Of a stretch of 64,000 bases of DNA, positions 53,704 through 62,780 are shown one piece after another. The position numbers were made by a program, and so were the translations under genes. The notes beneath the pieces were generated by a model. It was not told the origin of the DNA, did not search any database, and saw only the letters and a list, made by a program, of their open reading frames with translations. Within the stretch, counting starts at the first letter, position 1, and every line of letters starts with the position of its first letter. Source of the stretch: an uncultured Clostridia bacterium (GTDB lineage Bacteria > Bacillota > Clostridia > TANB77 > CAG-465); assembly GCA_947628005.1 (NCBI GenBank), contig CANQYI010000001.1, forward strand, positions 193,110 through 257,109, written 5' to 3'.

Positions 53704-54945
53704 ATGAAGGAAATTCCAAGACCAAAATATTTGCAAAATTTAATAAATAAAAAAGAAAATGGTTTTATAAAAATTGTTACTGGAATTAGAAGAAGTGGAA
53801 AATCTTATCTTCTAGATCCTATTTACAAAAATTATTTATTAGAGCAAGGTATAAAAGAAAATCATATTATAAAAATTGATTTAGATGATAGGGAAAATAA
53901 ATTATATTTAGACCCAGATAAATTAAATAAGTACGTAAAAGACTGCATTAAAGATGATGATATGTATTATGTAATAATTGATGAAATTCAAAAAGTAGAA
54001 GATTTTGAATCCGTATTAAATGGATTTTTACATGTAAAAAATTTAGATGTATATGTTACAGGAAGTAATTCTAAATTTCTTTCAACAGATATTATTACAG
54101 AATTTAGAGGGAGAGGCGATGAAATAAGAGTATTACCTTTAAGTTTTGCAGAATATATTTCTGCTTATTCTGGAACTGTTGAAGAAGCTTGGAATGAATA
54201 TATTGTTTATGGTGGATTACCTAGAATTCTAAGTTATAAGACAGAAGAAGAAAAGTCAAAATATTTAATTGATTTATTCAAAGAAACATATTTAAAAGAT
54301 ATTATTGACAGATATACTGTTCAAAGAATAGATATATTAGATGCTCTAGTTAATATGATTTCATCATCAATAGGCTCATTAACAAATCCAAAAAAAATAG
54401 TTGATACTTTTTCTAGTAACAATATTAAAGATACTTCAATAAATACAATAGCGTCATACTTAAATTATTTAGAAGATGCATTTTTAATTAATAAAGCTGA
54501 AAGATATGATGTCAAAGGCAAAAAATATATTTCAACACCATTTAAATATTATTTTTCGGATATTGGGTTGAGGAATGCTAGAATCAATTTTAGGCAACTT
54601 GAAGAAACTCATATAATAGAAAATATTATTTATAATGAATTAAGATATAGAGGATACAATGTAGATGTTGGAATAGTTGAAATAAGAGAAAAGAATACTA
54701 GAAAACAAGTAGAAGTAGATTTTGTTTGTAACCAATCTTATAAAAGATATTATATTCAATCAGCATTAAGATTACCAACTAGAGAAAAAACATTACAAGA
54801 AGAAAGACCTTTGTTAAATATTGGAGATAACTTTAAAAAGATAATTGTTACAAAAGATACCTCAAAGCACTGGATTACGGAAGAAGGAATTTTGGTTATT
54901 GGAATTCAAGAGTTTCTATTAAATGAAAATAGTTTGGACATATAA
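53704..54945 (+). CDS. AAA+ ATPase, COG1373 type (AAA_14 + DUF4143)
   Basis: Walker A GIRRSGKS, Walker B VIIDEIQKV, and a C-terminal DUF4143-like region. Start at MKEIPRPKY after a GGAGG RBS. Confidence 0.7.
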   Translation: MKEIPRPKYLQNLINKKENGFIKIVTGIRRSGKSYLLDPIYKNYLLEQGIKENHIIKIDLDDRENKLYLDPDKLNKYVKDCIKDDDMYYVIIDEIQKVEDFESVLNGFLHVKNLDVYVTGSNSKFLSTDIITEFRGRGDEIRVLPLSFAEYISAYSGTVEEAWNEYIVYGGLPRILSYKTEEEKSKYLIDLFKETYLKDIIDRYTVQRIDILDALVNMISSSIGSLTNPKKIVDTFSSNNIKDTSINTIASYLNYLEDAFLINKAERYDVKGKKYISTPFKYYFSDIGLRNARINFRQLEETHIIENIIYNELRYRGYNVDVGIVEIREKNTRKQVEVDFVCNQSYKRYYIQSALRLPTREKTLQEERPLLNIGDNFKKIIVTKDTSKHWITEEGILVIGIQEFLLNENSLDI

Positions 54946-55064
54946 AAATAAATGTATACTAAAATAGGAATTACAACATAAGCATAATTAAATAATAATA
55001 AAAATGAACAAAAACAATATTATAACTTTATAATTTTTCAAATTTAATTAATTACTTATCTGAC

Positions 55065-55125
55065 TAAAGTATATCCAAAAAGCAAGTGATTGTAAATACA
55101 TTCACTTGCTTTGCGATTATAACTT
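55065..55125 (-). promoter_or_regulatory. conserved promoter/operator module, copy 3 (orphan: no ORF downstream on the minus strand)
   Basis: TTTACA-17-TATACT and palindrome conserved. Points into the 3' end of the convergent AAA ATPase gene. Confidence 0.5.
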
Positions 55126-55753
55126 ATCTAATAAAATTTGTAAATGTAATTTTTTCTGTTGCAGGTGGTTTTACTCCTCTTTCTTTTCCAGCCTCAATAC
55201 ATTTTAAATAATAAGCCATATTTTTACCAAGTATTCTCATTATTTGCATGCCTTCTTCATCTTTTTTTACTTCTTCTGGATTGGAACCATGTACCATATT
55301 CCAATATCTAGAAGAAATTACTGGCATTTGAGTCATTGTATAATATTTATTTAATTGTTCAAATGTAGCGGTAGTTCCTGCTCTTCTTGCTGAAACCACC
55401 GTTGCTGCTGGTTTTAATCTAAATATATCTAAATTTGAAAAAGTTGAGTAAAAAAGTCTATCCATAAAAGATGTAATTGCACCTGAAGCTGCTGCATAAT
55501 GGACTGGTGTTCCAAAAACAAATCCATCAGCTTTCTCAGCTTTTTTGGCAAATTCATTTACAACATCATCAAATACACATTTTCCTTTTTCTGCGCATTT
55601 ATGACATGCAATACATCCTGATATAGGTTTTATACCTATCCAAAATATTTCAGTTTCAATTCCTTCTTTATTTAATTCTTTTGCAACTTCACTAAGTGCA
55701 GTATAAGTACACCCTTCTTTATGTGGACTACCATTTACCAATAATACTTTCAT
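55124..55753 (-). CDS. flavodoxin-like fold iron-sulfur flavoprotein / NAD(P)H-dependent FMN reductase family protein
   Basis: MKVLLVNGSPHKEG…CIACHKCAEKGKCVFDD… Start at the ATG at 55753 after a GAAAGGAG RBS. The ORF-track TTG extension is rejected. Confidence 0.7.
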   Translation of the reverse strand: MKVLLVNGSPHKEGCTYTALSEVAKELNKEGIETEIFWIGIKPISGCIACHKCAEKGKCVFDDVVNEFAKKAEKADGFVFGTPVHYAAASGAITSFMDRLFYSTFSNLDIFRLKPAATVVSARRAGTTATFEQLNKYYTMTQMPVISSRYWNMVHGSNPEEVKKDEEGMQIMRILGKNMAYYLKCIEAGKERGVKPPATEKITFTNFIR

Positions 55754-55795
55754 AATTAGCAACTCCTTTCTTTAATAAATTACTATTCATACAAT

Positions 55796-55862
55796 TAAAG
55801 TATATCAAAAAAGCAAGTGATTGTAAATACATCACTTACTTGTACAAATTATAATTTGTAAT
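55796..55862 (-). promoter_or_regulatory. conserved promoter/operator module, copy 4 (upstream of the flavoprotein gene)
   Basis: As copy 1, with a 1-nt deletion in the proximal half-site. Confidence 0.6.
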
Positions 55863-55866
55863 TATT

Positions 55867-56745
55867 TTATAAATTTTTTCTATAACTATTATTTATTGTT
55901 GCATCAAATCCATCTGGTAAATATTCATGTGGTATATGCTCATTATATTTAATATCCATAAAGTAATTGCAGAATATCATTTCAACATATATTATTCTAT
56001 TATTTCCATCAGTAATTGCATATACAAACCCTTGATATGAATCAGATTCCATTGCTAGTAATTTGTAATTAGTAAATCCTGTTACTCCATAATAACCAGT
56101 ATAATCTTCTATTCCATATTTATTTAATCTTTCAACTTCTTTTTCATATTCATTTTCAGTATAATCTACTACTAAATAAGATAAATATTGTTTATCCCAA
56201 GCATCTAAATAAACCATTTTAAAATCTTTAACATTTAATTCATTAATTGATTTTGGAAATATTTCTTCTGACATTCCCCATTTGTCTTTATATTTATTAT
56301 TTGCATTAACCCCTATAACTTCCTGATATTTATTTGTATCAGTTATTACTTCATCTTTATTTAATCCACCCATAAATATAAATATACAATTAAAAACAAC
56401 TATTAAACTAATTGCAATTATTCCAATTATAATTGCAATAGATTTAAACATATTTTTTTGTTTTTTCATCTTATAATATTCTTTTAGAATTAAATCTAGA
56501 TTTTCAATGCTATGTGTTTGAATATCATTCTCTTCAATTTTTTCACCACTTAAAAACTCATTAACATCAATGTCTAATATATTGCATAGTTCTTTTAATA
56601 TAGAATAATCTGGCATATTTCTTCCATTTTCCCAATTTCCAATAGTTCGATCTGATACTTCTAATCTTTCTGCTAATTCTTTTTGAGTAATCTTTTTTTC
56701 TTTTCTACAAGTTGCAATAAATTTTCCGATTTTTTCTTGATTCAT
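55867..56745 (-). CDS. membrane-anchored XRE-family HTH regulator with extracytoplasmic C-terminal domain
   Basis: N-terminal HTH (MNQEKIGKFIATCRKEKKITQKELAERLEVSDRTIGNWENGRNMPD…), single TM, and a ~170-aa C-terminal domain. Paralogous N-terminus to the 59694-60302 gene. Confidence 0.7.
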   Translation of the reverse strand: MNQEKIGKFIATCRKEKKITQKELAERLEVSDRTIGNWENGRNMPDYSILKELCNILDIDVNEFLSGEKIEENDIQTHSIENLDLILKEYYKMKKQKNMFKSIAIIIGIIAISLIVVFNCIFIFMGGLNKDEVITDTNKYQEVIGVNANNKYKDKWGMSEEIFPKSINELNVKDFKMVYLDAWDKQYLSYLVVDYTENEYEKEVERLNKYGIEDYTGYYGVTGFTNYKLLAMESDSYQGFVYAITDGNNRIIYVEMIFCNYFMDIKYNEHIPHEYLPDGFDATINNSYRKNL

Positions 56746-56851
56746 AATTCTACTCCTTTCATACCAACATTTTATAATGTAAAAGTTGATTTTAACAGGA
56801 AACATATCAAGGGTAGATAAAATATTTTTACAAATTACTATTTTGTATTAA

Positions 56852-57496
56852 TTATATAACGATTACAGCAATTATATTAGCAACAAAATGTGATATCCAG
56901 CTGCACCATGCATTGTCTGTCTTCTTAAATACAAGACCATAAAATATAGAATCTATAAATACAAATATTAAATCATAAATAACAATTAACGGATTATTAA
57001 AATTAAAATGTCCTAAGGAAAATAAAACTGATGTAATTACTAATGATGGTATAAATTTTATGATCTTTGTAGTTTGTTTTTGAAAAAATGCTCTCCACGC
57101 TATTTCTTCTCCTAACGCTGCTACTGCAAGAATTAATATTGTTTTTATTATTTCTGATGAATTTATAAAATTTGTTCTATTGCTTAAATGCTCAATATAT
57201 TCTGGTAAAAATATTTTTGCAACCATAACACATACTATCTGTAATAACGCAGGAGTAATTGATAATAATATAACTTTTACATCTTTAAAAGAAGACCAAC
57301 ACTTTTTTATATCTAATCCTGATGTTATAACTTCATTTGTTTTTCTGGTAGTAAAATATGCTATAATACCTACAATTACTGATATACCTGCTAATTTTAA
57401 GACTTCTCCATTTACTTTAATATATAAAAAATTTGTAAGAGATAAAATTAGCATTACTATTAATAATATAATTACACTTTTATTTAATTTCTCCAT
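56852..57496 (-). CDS. CPBP family intramembrane metalloprotease (CAAX protease/Abi-like)
   Basis: Motifs EExxxR (GEEIAWRAFF), FxxxH (FSLGHF) and HxxxN (HFVANIIAV) in TM segments. Confidence 0.75.
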   Translation of the reverse strand: MEKLNKSVIILLIVMLILSLTNFLYIKVNGEVLKLAGISVIVGIIAYFTTRKTNEVITSGLDIKKCWSSFKDVKVILLSITPALLQIVCVMVAKIFLPEYIEHLSNRTNFINSSEIIKTILILAVAALGEEIAWRAFFQKQTTKIIKFIPSLVITSVLFSLGHFNFNNPLIVIYDLIFVFIDSIFYGLVFKKTDNAWCSWISHFVANIIAVIVI

Positions 57497-57519
57497 ATTT
57501 TCCCCCTAATTAATTTTAG

Positions 57520-58880
57520 AACAAAAGTGAATCAAAGATTCACTCCACTACAAAAATGTAGTGTTCTTTATAAAGAGTATGGTAGTCTTTAAGTTTTATA
57601 CTTTTAGGCTACTCTTTTCTTTATTGGTCGTTGTTCTCGACCATTATCCATCGCAATTTCTTGGTTTGGAATATAATTATTTATATATTTTCTTAATATA
57701 TTTAAACTTCCGTTTATATCCGCATTTATTTCTTTTCCGGCGTTTGTTATAAATAATCCTCTATATTTTCTTCTTTTTTTATTATAATTTTCTTTATTTA
57801 CTTCTTCTCTATCTATTGCACTTACTCCTGATGTATATCTTTCACTTATCTTTACTACTTCTATTCCTTCTATTTTTGCTTTGTATTCTATCTTTTTAAC
57901 TAACTGTTCTAATGGTATCTGCACGAAATCCTTGTTATAGTTCATATTTTGTTTTATATTTTTTAAATCTCCTATCACTATTTTTGAACATTTATTTTTT
58001 ATTGCATATTCTATTACCATCCTTGATACCTTATGCATAAATGTATTCATATAATCATTACGCTTTTTCCTTAATCTTTTTATTTGCTTTGTATCTTTAT
58101 ACTTTTTATTTCCTACCATTTTCATTTTTATTTGTTGTAAGTTCTTTACTTTTTCATTTATATATTTATTCTTACTTTTGGCTTCCTTTCCTGATACAAG
58201 CAACATATCCATATTTTCCTTATTTGTACATGCTACAATATTATTTATCCCTAAGTCTATTGCCATTATATTTCCTGCTTTACTTGTTTCCTTTTCTTCT
58301 TTTTCATATACTATATTCATTTCTATTTCTTTTCCTTTATTTTTTATCTTTATCATTTTTATGTCTGAAACTAATATTTGCTTTTTTAATTTTCTTGGTA
58401 TTAAAAAATTTAAACTTTCTACTCTATTATTTTCTTGCATTTTCTTTGATATTGATAATTTTATTTTATTTCCTTCTATTCTTACTGCATATTTAGTAAA
58501 TACTATCTCTTGTTCTTGCTTTTCTTTTTTGTATCTTGTATATTTTGGTTCTCCTTTTAATGTGCTTTTATCTTTTTCATATTTTTTCTTTAATGCTATG
58601 TATGATTTATAACTTCCTAATACACTAAGTATAGCCTCTTGTAACATATGTGAATGCAAATACTTGCTATGCCAGTTTTCTTGTCTATACTTTCTATATA
58701 TTGGGGTTGCTATTATATTTATACTTTTTGTAACATCAATTTTTTCTTTTCCCTCTTTTATATCATACAATAACATATTCATTACTTTCTTTGTATGCCA
58801 CTCTAATTCATTAATTATTCTTAATTGTTCTTCACTTGGTTTTTTTATAGAATATTTTAAACTTAGTTTCATTTTTTCCC
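57520..58880 (-). mobile_element. IS200/IS605-family element remnant (tnpB only, no tnpA), with two perfect 7-bp hairpins at the 3' (right) end
   Basis: Hairpins GTGAATC-aaa-GATTCAC (57527-57543) and CACTACA-aaaa-TGTAGTG (57546-57563) lie 40-80 nt downstream of the tnpB stop. Element boundaries are approximate. Confidence 0.45.
57604..58872 (-). CDS. TnpB-like protein (IS200/IS605 OrfB family) with apparent loss of the RuvC-II Glu and of the zinc-finger cysteines
   Basis: RuvC-I MAIDLGINN and RuvC-III NADINGSLNI are present. The expected hhhEDL motif reads KIVIGDL. The CxxC…CxxC positions read TSGVSAIDRE and GLFITNAGKEI, with no Cys in the C-terminal 120 aa. Confidence 0.65.
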   Translation of the reverse strand: MKLSLKYSIKKPSEEQLRIINELEWHTKKVMNMLLYDIKEGKEKIDVTKSINIIATPIYRKYRQENWHSKYLHSHMLQEAILSVLGSYKSYIALKKKYEKDKSTLKGEPKYTRYKKEKQEQEIVFTKYAVRIEGNKIKLSISKKMQENNRVESLNFLIPRKLKKQILVSDIKMIKIKNKGKEIEMNIVYEKEEKETSKAGNIMAIDLGINNIVACTNKENMDMLLVSGKEAKSKNKYINEKVKNLQQIKMKMVGNKKYKDTKQIKRLRKKRNDYMNTFMHKVSRMVIEYAIKNKCSKIVIGDLKNIKQNMNYNKDFVQIPLEQLVKKIEYKAKIEGIEVVKISERYTSGVSAIDREEVNKENYNKKRRKYRGLFITNAGKEINADINGSLNILRKYINNYIPNQEIAMDNGREQRPIKKRVA

Positions 58881-58996
58881 TCCTTTCTTTCTAAATATTA
58901 TATCAAACATTTGTTCAAAAATAAAGAAAAAATTATTATATTTTTTAATAAATTTTCAACACTTTTCGACATTTGCTTATCTAGTGTATTTTAAAC

Positions 58997-59557
58997 TTAG
59001 TATGACTTTCCTATTGTATAAAAAACTTTTTTTAAAATATCAATACAATATTTTTCATTATAATTTATAGAATTATTTGCTAGCAAACTAGCAAGTCCGT
59101 GTGCAGTAATAAATAATAACTTAAATTCCTCTTTTATACTATTTTTATCAATTTTAGTTTCTTTTTCAATTATTTTAAATATTTCTTTAAGTCCATCTTC
59201 ATTATTGTCTATTAAATCATCAAAATTAAAATTTGAAAATTTATCACTTTGAAATAAAAACTTAAATAAATTTTTCTCCTGTTCGGCAAATTTTATATAT
59301 TGAATTCCAATATTTAATAATGGATTATAATTAATATTTTCTTTCATTAAAAATTGTGAATGATAATTATCAACTATATTATATAATTCCTCTTTTAAGA
59401 GATTCATATTCTTATAATGATACATTATCGGCTGTGTAGAACAATTTAGCTTATTAGCTATATTTCTTACATTTAATTTATCAATACCTTCTTCTTTTAT
59501 AATTTTTAGTCCACTTTCTAATATCATATCTTTTGATATTTTAGAAATTACTGGCAT
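58997..59557 (-). CDS. TetR/AcrR family transcriptional regulator
   Basis: N-terminal TetR HTH (…LNVRNIANKLNCSTQPIMYHYKNM…). Confidence 0.8.
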   Translation of the reverse strand: MPVISKISKDMILESGLKIIKEEGIDKLNVRNIANKLNCSTQPIMYHYKNMNLLKEELYNIVDNYHSQFLMKENINYNPLLNIGIQYIKFAEQEKNLFKFLFQSDKFSNFNFDDLIDNNEDGLKEIFKIIEKETKIDKNSIKEEFKLLFITAHGLASLLANNSINYNEKYCIDILKKVFYTIGKSY

Positions 59558-59568
59558 AATATCACCTC

Positions 59569-59615
59569 ATTTATAACATTTGTTATATAACAATTGTTAT
59601 TATAACATTAATTAT
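59569..59615. promoter_or_regulatory. overlapping palindromic operators (TTATAACAtTTGTTATA and ATAACAATTGTTAT) upstream of the TetR gene
   Basis: Seen directly. The 14-bp ATAACAATTGTTAT is a perfect palindrome. Typical of TetR autoregulatory sites. Confidence 0.5.
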
Positions 59616-59693
59616 ATTAATTTACAATATTATCTTTAAAATCTACAAAAAAATAGATTAGTTATGTTTAAACTAATCTTTTAATTGTAATTG

Positions 59694-60302
59694 TTATTTT
59701 GTCAGTACTTTCTTATGCCAGCTTCTTTTATTACACTTTGGACATTTTAAATATCTAATAGTTCCGTAGTGCATTGCAAAATATACTTGTGAATATTTAG
59801 GAATATATTTATTATGACATATTTTACATTCGTAATATCCTGTTTCTGTTTCTATTTTTAAAGCAAATGAAATACCTATTATTAAAATTAAAAAAGCTAA
59901 TATAAATAATATAACTCTAGAAATTATATTTTCAACCGCAAAAAATAATGTAAACATCAAAATTAAAAATGTTATGCTTGATAAGCTTCCTATTACCAAT
60001 TCATACATCATCATTTTTTTATTTTGCATTTCCTCTTTTTTTGCCATTTCTAATAAATTTTCTTCTGCTTTTTGATTATAATTTTCAATTTTGATTATCT
60101 CCCCACTTAATAATTCATTTACACTAATACCAAGTTCATTACATAATTCAAGCATTATGGAAGAATCTGGCATACCTTTACCAGTTTCCCATTTTGATAT
60201 TGCTCTATCTGTGATATTTAATTTCTCAGCTAATTGAAATTGTGTTAAATTTTTATTTTTTCTACACTTAGCAATAAATTTACCAATTTTTACTTGATCC
60301 AT
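59694..60302 (-). CDS. membrane-anchored XRE-family HTH regulator with C-terminal Cys4 zinc ribbon
   Basis: HTH (MDQVKIGKFIAKCRKNKNLTQFQLAEKLNITDRAISKWETGKGMPD…), two TM segments, then CKICHN…CPKCN. AAGGAGG RBS. Downstream of module copy 5. Confidence 0.7.
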   Translation of the reverse strand: MDQVKIGKFIAKCRKNKNLTQFQLAEKLNITDRAISKWETGKGMPDSSIMLELCNELGISVNELLSGEIIKIENYNQKAEENLLEMAKKEEMQNKKMMMYELVIGSLSSITFLILMFTLFFAVENIISRVILFILAFLILIIGISFALKIETETGYYECKICHNKYIPKYSQVYFAMHYGTIRYLKCPKCNKRSWHKKVLTK

Positions 60303-60416
60303 AATTTACCTCCTTTAATATTATTGTAAAGTTATCATATATAAAAGTAAACACACTAATCGTTGAGTGAGGATATCAACGATTAGTTGAACTATAAAAT
60401 TTGTAATTTATTTGAT

Positions 60417-60470
60417 TAAGTATATCAAAAAAGCAAGTGATTATAAATACATTCACTTACTTATACAATT
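60417..60470 (-). promoter_or_regulatory. conserved promoter/operator module, copy 5 (-35 variant TTTATA)
   Basis: As copy 1, with a G-to-A change in the -35 (TTTACA becomes TTTATA). Confidence 0.55.
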
Positions 60471-60519
60471 TATTATTTCAGAAATATTTTTATAAATTTA
60501 AAAGTAGAATAATAACCAC

Positions 60520-61152
60520 TTAAATTTCTTTTTTAAAGTAAATCCTTTCTGATATTTTATATGATATATATAACATTAAAATCATAGCTATTAAAAACAC
60601 AACTATCCAATATGCTTCTATAAGATTTAATATGTTAATTATTGCTGAAAAATCAACATACTGTATTATAAATCCTCCTATAACAGCAACACCAAAAATT
60701 ATAGCCATTAACCAAATTCTTGCTTTTTCTGGTCCAAATTTATACATTGTTGGATAAATAAATGATTGTAATAAAATTGTAGCAAAAAGAGAGCCAAATA
60801 TTGTTCCTGTAATGTTTTCAAAATCTATTATTTTTGTTTTAACATAAGAAATTGTAAAAGATAATATAGTAATAATTATAGTTGTTACAATTATAAGTAT
60901 TATAGTTGCTAAGTATTTGGCTTTTACACTATTTTTTCTACCACCTGGTAAAGATATTGCATACGCATCCCATTTATTGTAAGAATCGTAACTAAATGTT
61001 GACATCATAACCATTACACTCATAAATGGTAATAAAAATGATAAATCCATTTGACCTTGAAAAGCCATGACTACATATATAATTAATAAAATTGCAAAAA
61101 TTTTAATATTACTTTTTATCATTAATAAATCTTTTTTTATAAAACCTAACAT
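60520..61152 (-). CDS. ABC-2 type transporter permease
   Basis: 6-TM small permease. Start overlaps the ATPase gene's stop. Confidence 0.6.
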   Translation of the reverse strand: MLGFIKKDLLMIKSNIKIFAILLIIYVVMAFQGQMDLSFLLPFMSVMVMMSTFSYDSYNKWDAYAISLPGGRKNSVKAKYLATIILIIVTTIIITILSFTISYVKTKIIDFENITGTIFGSLFATILLQSFIYPTMYKFGPEKARIWLMAIIFGVAVIGGFIIQYVDFSAIINILNLIEAYWIVVFLIAMILMLYISYKISERIYFKKEI

Positions 61153-62009
61153 TACTTTTCCCCCTTAATCATTAATACCATAAGCTCTTCAAGTGTTATT
61201 TTATCTATTGTATCTATGTTGTATTTTTTACTGAAAACTTTTCTGTTTTCAATTAAAATTTCATATTCGTATTTACTTTTCTTATATTGAACAAAATCTT
61301 TCTTATCTATCTTTTCAAACTCTTCTTTTGAACATTTAACAATACCATAATCTTCTAGTAATTCTTCTCTAGTTTTTGATAGTATAATTTTTCCATTGTT
61401 TATGAAAGTAATATAATCTGCAATATGTTCTAAATCTGTTGTAATATGACTTGATAGAAAAATAGAACATTCTTCATTTTGAATAAAGCTTTGAAAAAGG
61501 TCTATTACTTCGTTTCTTGCTACTGGATCAAGTCCAGCTGTTGGCTCATCAAGAATTAATAATTGCGGATGATGTGAGATTGCTGTTGCTATTTCCAATT
61601 TTTTTCTCATTCCTTTAGACAATGTTTTTATTGCTTTATTTCTTGGTAATGAAAAATCAGTTAAATATTTTAAATATAACTTTGAATCCCAATTTTTATA
61701 AATGTCTTTCATAATGCTATTTATATCATTTGGAGTTAAAATTTCTGGGAAAAACATATCATCTAGGACAACTCCGACATTTTCTTTAATTTTTTTATCA
61801 TCCTTTTTATTGTCAAGGCCAAATATTTTTATTTCACCTGTATAATTTTTAATAATATCTAAAATTGCCTTAATTGTAGTCGTTTTTCCTGCCCCATTTT
61901 CTCCAATAAAGCCCATAATCATCCCTTTAGGCAATGTGATATTAACATTTTGCAATTCAAATCCTTTATATTTTTTGCATAGATTTTTAACTTCTAATAT
62001 ATTTTCCAT
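61152..62009 (-). CDS. ABC transporter ATP-binding protein
   Basis: GENGAGKTT, LSKGMRKKLEIA, ILDEPTAGLD. Confidence 0.85.
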   Translation of the reverse strand: MENILEVKNLCKKYKGFELQNVNITLPKGMIMGFIGENGAGKTTTIKAILDIIKNYTGEIKIFGLDNKKDDKKIKENVGVVLDDMFFPEILTPNDINSIMKDIYKNWDSKLYLKYLTDFSLPRNKAIKTLSKGMRKKLEIATAISHHPQLLILDEPTAGLDPVARNEVIDLFQSFIQNEECSIFLSSHITTDLEHIADYITFINNGKIILSKTREELLEDYGIVKCSKEEFEKIDKKDFVQYKKSKYEYEILIENRKVFSKKYNIDTIDKITLEELMVLMIKGEK

Positions 62010-62390
62010 TTATTCATCCTCCCCAAATAAATATTCAAATGTTTCTAAAATTTCTTTTTTACTTATATTAGATGTTTTCGATATTAAAACAATTTTATCA
62101 ATATATTTTTCAATCTCCTTCATCTGCTCTTCTTTTAAAAGCTCAATATTTTTTGCTGCAACTAAACTTCCTTTACCGTGAATTGTCTTAATAAAACCTT
62201 CCTGTTCTAATTCATCATAAGCTCTTTTTACTGTCATAACACTAATTCTTAAATCTTGTGCTAAATTTCTAATTGATGGCAAAATTTCATTTTCTTTCAA
62301 TTCATTTGTTGCTATTGCTTTTTTTATAGCTTGTTTAATTTGTTCAAAAATAGGCTGATTACTACTATTGCTAATAATAATATCCATAAT
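62010..62390 (-). CDS. GntR-family transcriptional regulator (short YtrA-like)
   Basis: …ILPSIRNLAQDLRISVMTVKRAYDELEQEGFI… GntR HTH. Start taken at MIMDII. Confidence 0.75.
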   Translation of the reverse strand: MMDIIISNSSNQPIFEQIKQAIKKAIATNELKENEILPSIRNLAQDLRISVMTVKRAYDELEQEGFIKTIHGKGSLVAAKNIELLKEEQMKEIEKYIDKIVLISKTSNISKKEILETFEYLFGEDE

Positions 62391-62780
62391 CATTTCTCCT
62401 TTTTTTACAACTGTTATATCTATATTATAACAGTTGTAACAGTTTGTCAATACTTTTATAAAAAAATAAAAGATTATCTTTTTTTGATAACCTTTTAACT
62501 GAAAGTCATATAAATTGTAATTTAGCTAATAGTATGTGCTGTTATAATTGTATAGCTATATGAGTTAATAGTTATTATTATATTTTAAATCTCACAATAC
62601 CAATTCTTTTCTTGTTTAAATATATTACAATTTTTTCTAAAACTTTATTTTTACAATATTCTACTACATCATTTGTATCTAATTTTAGATTTTTTTAATT
62701 CTATCAATACCCATTTCAGTAGTATGAATTTTATCAATATTTGATAATAATATTTCTTTATTCATATAATTTAAACCTCT

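Noticed and set aside
58041-58894. Plus-strand ORFs of 76-151 aa antisense to tnpB
   Set aside because: Leu/Phe-rich low-complexity translations of the antisense strand of an AT-rich gene. No RBS.
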